A program made the translations under genes and the position numbers. This document shows positions 62,321 to 64,000 of a stretch of 64,000 nt of DNA, in pieces. Position 1 is the stretch's first letter. The number at the start of each line of letters is the position of its first letter. The DNA is from Candidatus Cloacimonadota bacterium (GTDB taxonomy: Bacteria; Cloacimonadota; Cloacimonadia; JGIOTU-2): assembly GCA_049903315.1 (NCBI GenBank), contig JBNGBT010000002.1, positions 160,001 to 224,000 of the forward strand, written 5' to 3'. The notes beneath the pieces were generated by a model. That model worked only from the letters and a program-made list of their open reading frames with translations. It did not search any database and was not told the origin of the DNA.

Positions 62321-62506
62321 TTAATAGGACGCTGATCCACGCAGATTGAACAGATTTTCGCAGATTAAGAATTTTATTTATTTTTTTCATTTTATTTTCT
62401 AAATCAGTGTTCACCCTGTGAAATAATCCCGATACATCGGGATTCCTGCTTTGCAGGATTTCGCGGGGTAAATCAGCATAATCTGTGTTCATCAGTGTTC
62501 TATTCT
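62321..62506. repeat. Empty copy of the phased inverted-arm element with a nested branched hairpin
   Basis: Left arm 62321-62368 is 39/48 identical to 51051-51098; right arm 62401-62506 interrupted by 62413-62469. Confidence 0.8.
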
Positions 62507-62585
62507 TCTGGTATTTTTCTAGATTATATCTATAAAAAATCCTTAAACTTGACAGCTCCATCCCTAAAGAACTTATTCCAAATAC

Positions 62586-63044
62586 ATGAAAAATGAAAAC
62601 AAAATTCTCAAAGAAGTTATCATCTATTGCGACGGCTCATGCAAAGGAAATCCCGGTCCTGGTGGGTGGGCATCAATACTTGTCTATCGTAGAAAAAGAA
62701 AAATTCTCACCGGTTTTGCCAGAGAAACGACCAACAACATCATGGAACTCACCTGCGCGGTCAAAGCGCTTGAAGCATTAAAAGAGCCATGCACAGTCGT
62801 AGTTTACTCGGACTCGACATATCTCGTGAAAGGCATGACTGAATGGTTACAGAACTGGAAAGAGAAGCAATGGAAAAATTCACAAAAAAAACTCATTAAG
62901 AATCTTGAATTATGGCAGCAGCTCGATAGATTCGCAAAGAAACACACGATATACTGGCAGTGGCTCAAAGGGCACGAAGGCCATCCTGAAAACGAAGAAT
63001 GTGACAGGTTGGCAAAAAATGAAATAAAAAAACGTTTAAAATAA
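62586..63044 (+). CDS. rnhA: Ribonuclease HI
   Basis: YCDGSCKGNPGPGGW, TTNNIMEL, SDSTY, WLKGHEGHPENEECDRLA. Confidence 0.96.
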   Translation: MKNENKILKEVIIYCDGSCKGNPGPGGWASILVYRRKRKILTGFARETTNNIMELTCAVKALEALKEPCTVVVYSDSTYLVKGMTEWLQNWKEKQWKNSQKKLIKNLELWQQLDRFAKKHTIYWQWLKGHEGHPENEECDRLAKNEIKKRLK

Positions 63045-63065
63045 TATGATCTATCAGGAGATTTA

Positions 63066-63572
63066 ATGAAAAAAATAATTTTACTTATGATTATTCCTTT
63101 GTTATTATTCGGCTGTAGTTTGCTTAAGAATGTTCCCAAAGAGCGTCTGCAAACTCAATTCCTTCCTGAATATGTGAAAAATCTCTATCTTGGCATGCCT
63201 CTCGAAGATTTTGAAGAGATCAAAGATATGAATACTATGATCGCTGAAAAGGGAATCTCATTTCGACATCAGTATGAAGAAGTTATCAATGATGACCGGC
63301 TTGAATCAATAGTGTATTACTTTGATGCGAATATTTCATCTCAACCCTTGTATGAAATGATCTTTATTTTCAAGCCGGATTTTAATGTAAAAACCTATGC
63401 CAATGAAATGTATGGCACACCTTCGGTTGATTTTCATTTACCATTTGACGAATGGTGCTGGCCGAGTGGGGAAGGTTTCCAGATCGTTGCATGGACTTTT
63501 GAAAACAAACTTGTTATCATCGGTACGATCAAGAAGACCGAATGGGGCGACCTTAATATTTGCGGAGAATAA
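63066..63572 (+). CDS. Hypothetical lipoprotein
   Basis: MKK.. hydrophobic stretch, lipobox LFGC; AGGAG RBS. Confidence 0.7.
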   Translation: MKKIILLMIIPLLLFGCSLLKNVPKERLQTQFLPEYVKNLYLGMPLEDFEEIKDMNTMIAEKGISFRHQYEEVINDDRLESIVYYFDANISSQPLYEMIFIFKPDFNVKTYANEMYGTPSVDFHLPFDEWCWPSGEGFQIVAWTFENKLVIIGTIKKTEWGDLNICGE

Positions 63573-64000
63573 TGGTTTTTGAAACACCTCGTTTGATCAT
63601 CAGAATTCCTACAACAAAAGATGAAGATGTGGATTTTTATTTCCAGCTCTGGAATGATCCGCGCGTGATGAAGAATGTCGGTTTTCCAAAAGGACTTATG
63701 AAGCGTAGGGAAGATATCATTGCACAACTTGCCCGAATCTATCCATCTGAATACGACCGTACTTTGATAGTGATAGAAAAACAGAGCAACAAACCGGTTG
63801 GAGAATGCAAGCTGGGTTCAGCAAACGAAGAAGGCGTTGCACATACTGATGTGAAATTAATACCTGAATTCTGGGGAAAGGGATTTGGTGTAGAGATTAA
63901 ACAAGCATTGGTTGATTATCTCTTTACCCATACAACTTGTAATTCGATAGAAGCATCTCCAAACAAAGAGAATATTGCGTCTCAGAAAATGCAGGAAAAA
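63572..64000 (+). CDS. RimJ/RimL-type GNAT acetyltransferase (3' truncated by window)
   Basis: Translated by hand: MVFETPRLIIR..WNDPRVMKNVGF..LIPEFWGKGFG..PNKENIASQKMQEK, open to the window end. Confidence 0.85.
   Translation, partial: MVFETPRLIIRIPTTKDEDVDFYFQLWNDPRVMKNVGFPKGLMKRREDIIAQLARIYPSEYDRTLIVIEKQSNKPVGECKLGSANEEGVAHTDVKLIPEFWGKGFGVEIKQALVDYLFTHTTCNSIEASPNKENIASQKMQEK

Noticed and set aside
62262..62561. 99-aa minus-strand ORF
   Set aside because: It is the translation of the inverted-arm element and overlaps the end of a real gene.

Overview
Bacterial chromosomal window, AT-rich, standard genetic code. Gene style and Por/T9SS-like C-terminal domains suggest an FCB-group anaerobe, possibly Cloacimonadota (inference only). 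1-33.5 kb: rsmD and cysS, then the complete core translation/transcription supercluster: tRNA-Thr/Tyr/Gly/Thr-tuf-rpmG-tRNA-Trp-secE-nusG-rplKAJL-rpoBC-rpsLG-fusA-S10-spc-alpha. 33.5-64 kb is mixed housekeeping and accessory: ppx, ispG, ogt, MFS, GNATs, clostripain, secreted repeat proteins, peptidase, aminotransferase, an EndoQ-UvrD/yggS/umuD/umuC/SRAP DNA-damage cluster, lptFG and rnhA. The most unusual signal is a family of intergenic elements bounded by ~48-nt imperfect inverted arms made of phased CRCWGAT repeats. One copy carries a GxxExxY PD-(D/E)XK nuclease-like gene and, with an adjacent empty twin, splits umuD from umuC. A third empty copy and an orphan arm lie near 60-62 kb with hairpins inserted into arm spacers. 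Related 9-nt and 7-nt periodic arrays, GTAG-type REP-like hairpins and a 42/44-nt insertion unit cluster in similar intergenic hot spots. Other leads: an EF-G with a degenerate domain IV tip, a tRNA-Trp with a 4-bp anticodon stem, a C-rich anti-SD structured RNA after rplQ, and a gene bracketed by a 60-nt duplication of a neighbouring gene's 3' end. All counts and alignments were done by eye.
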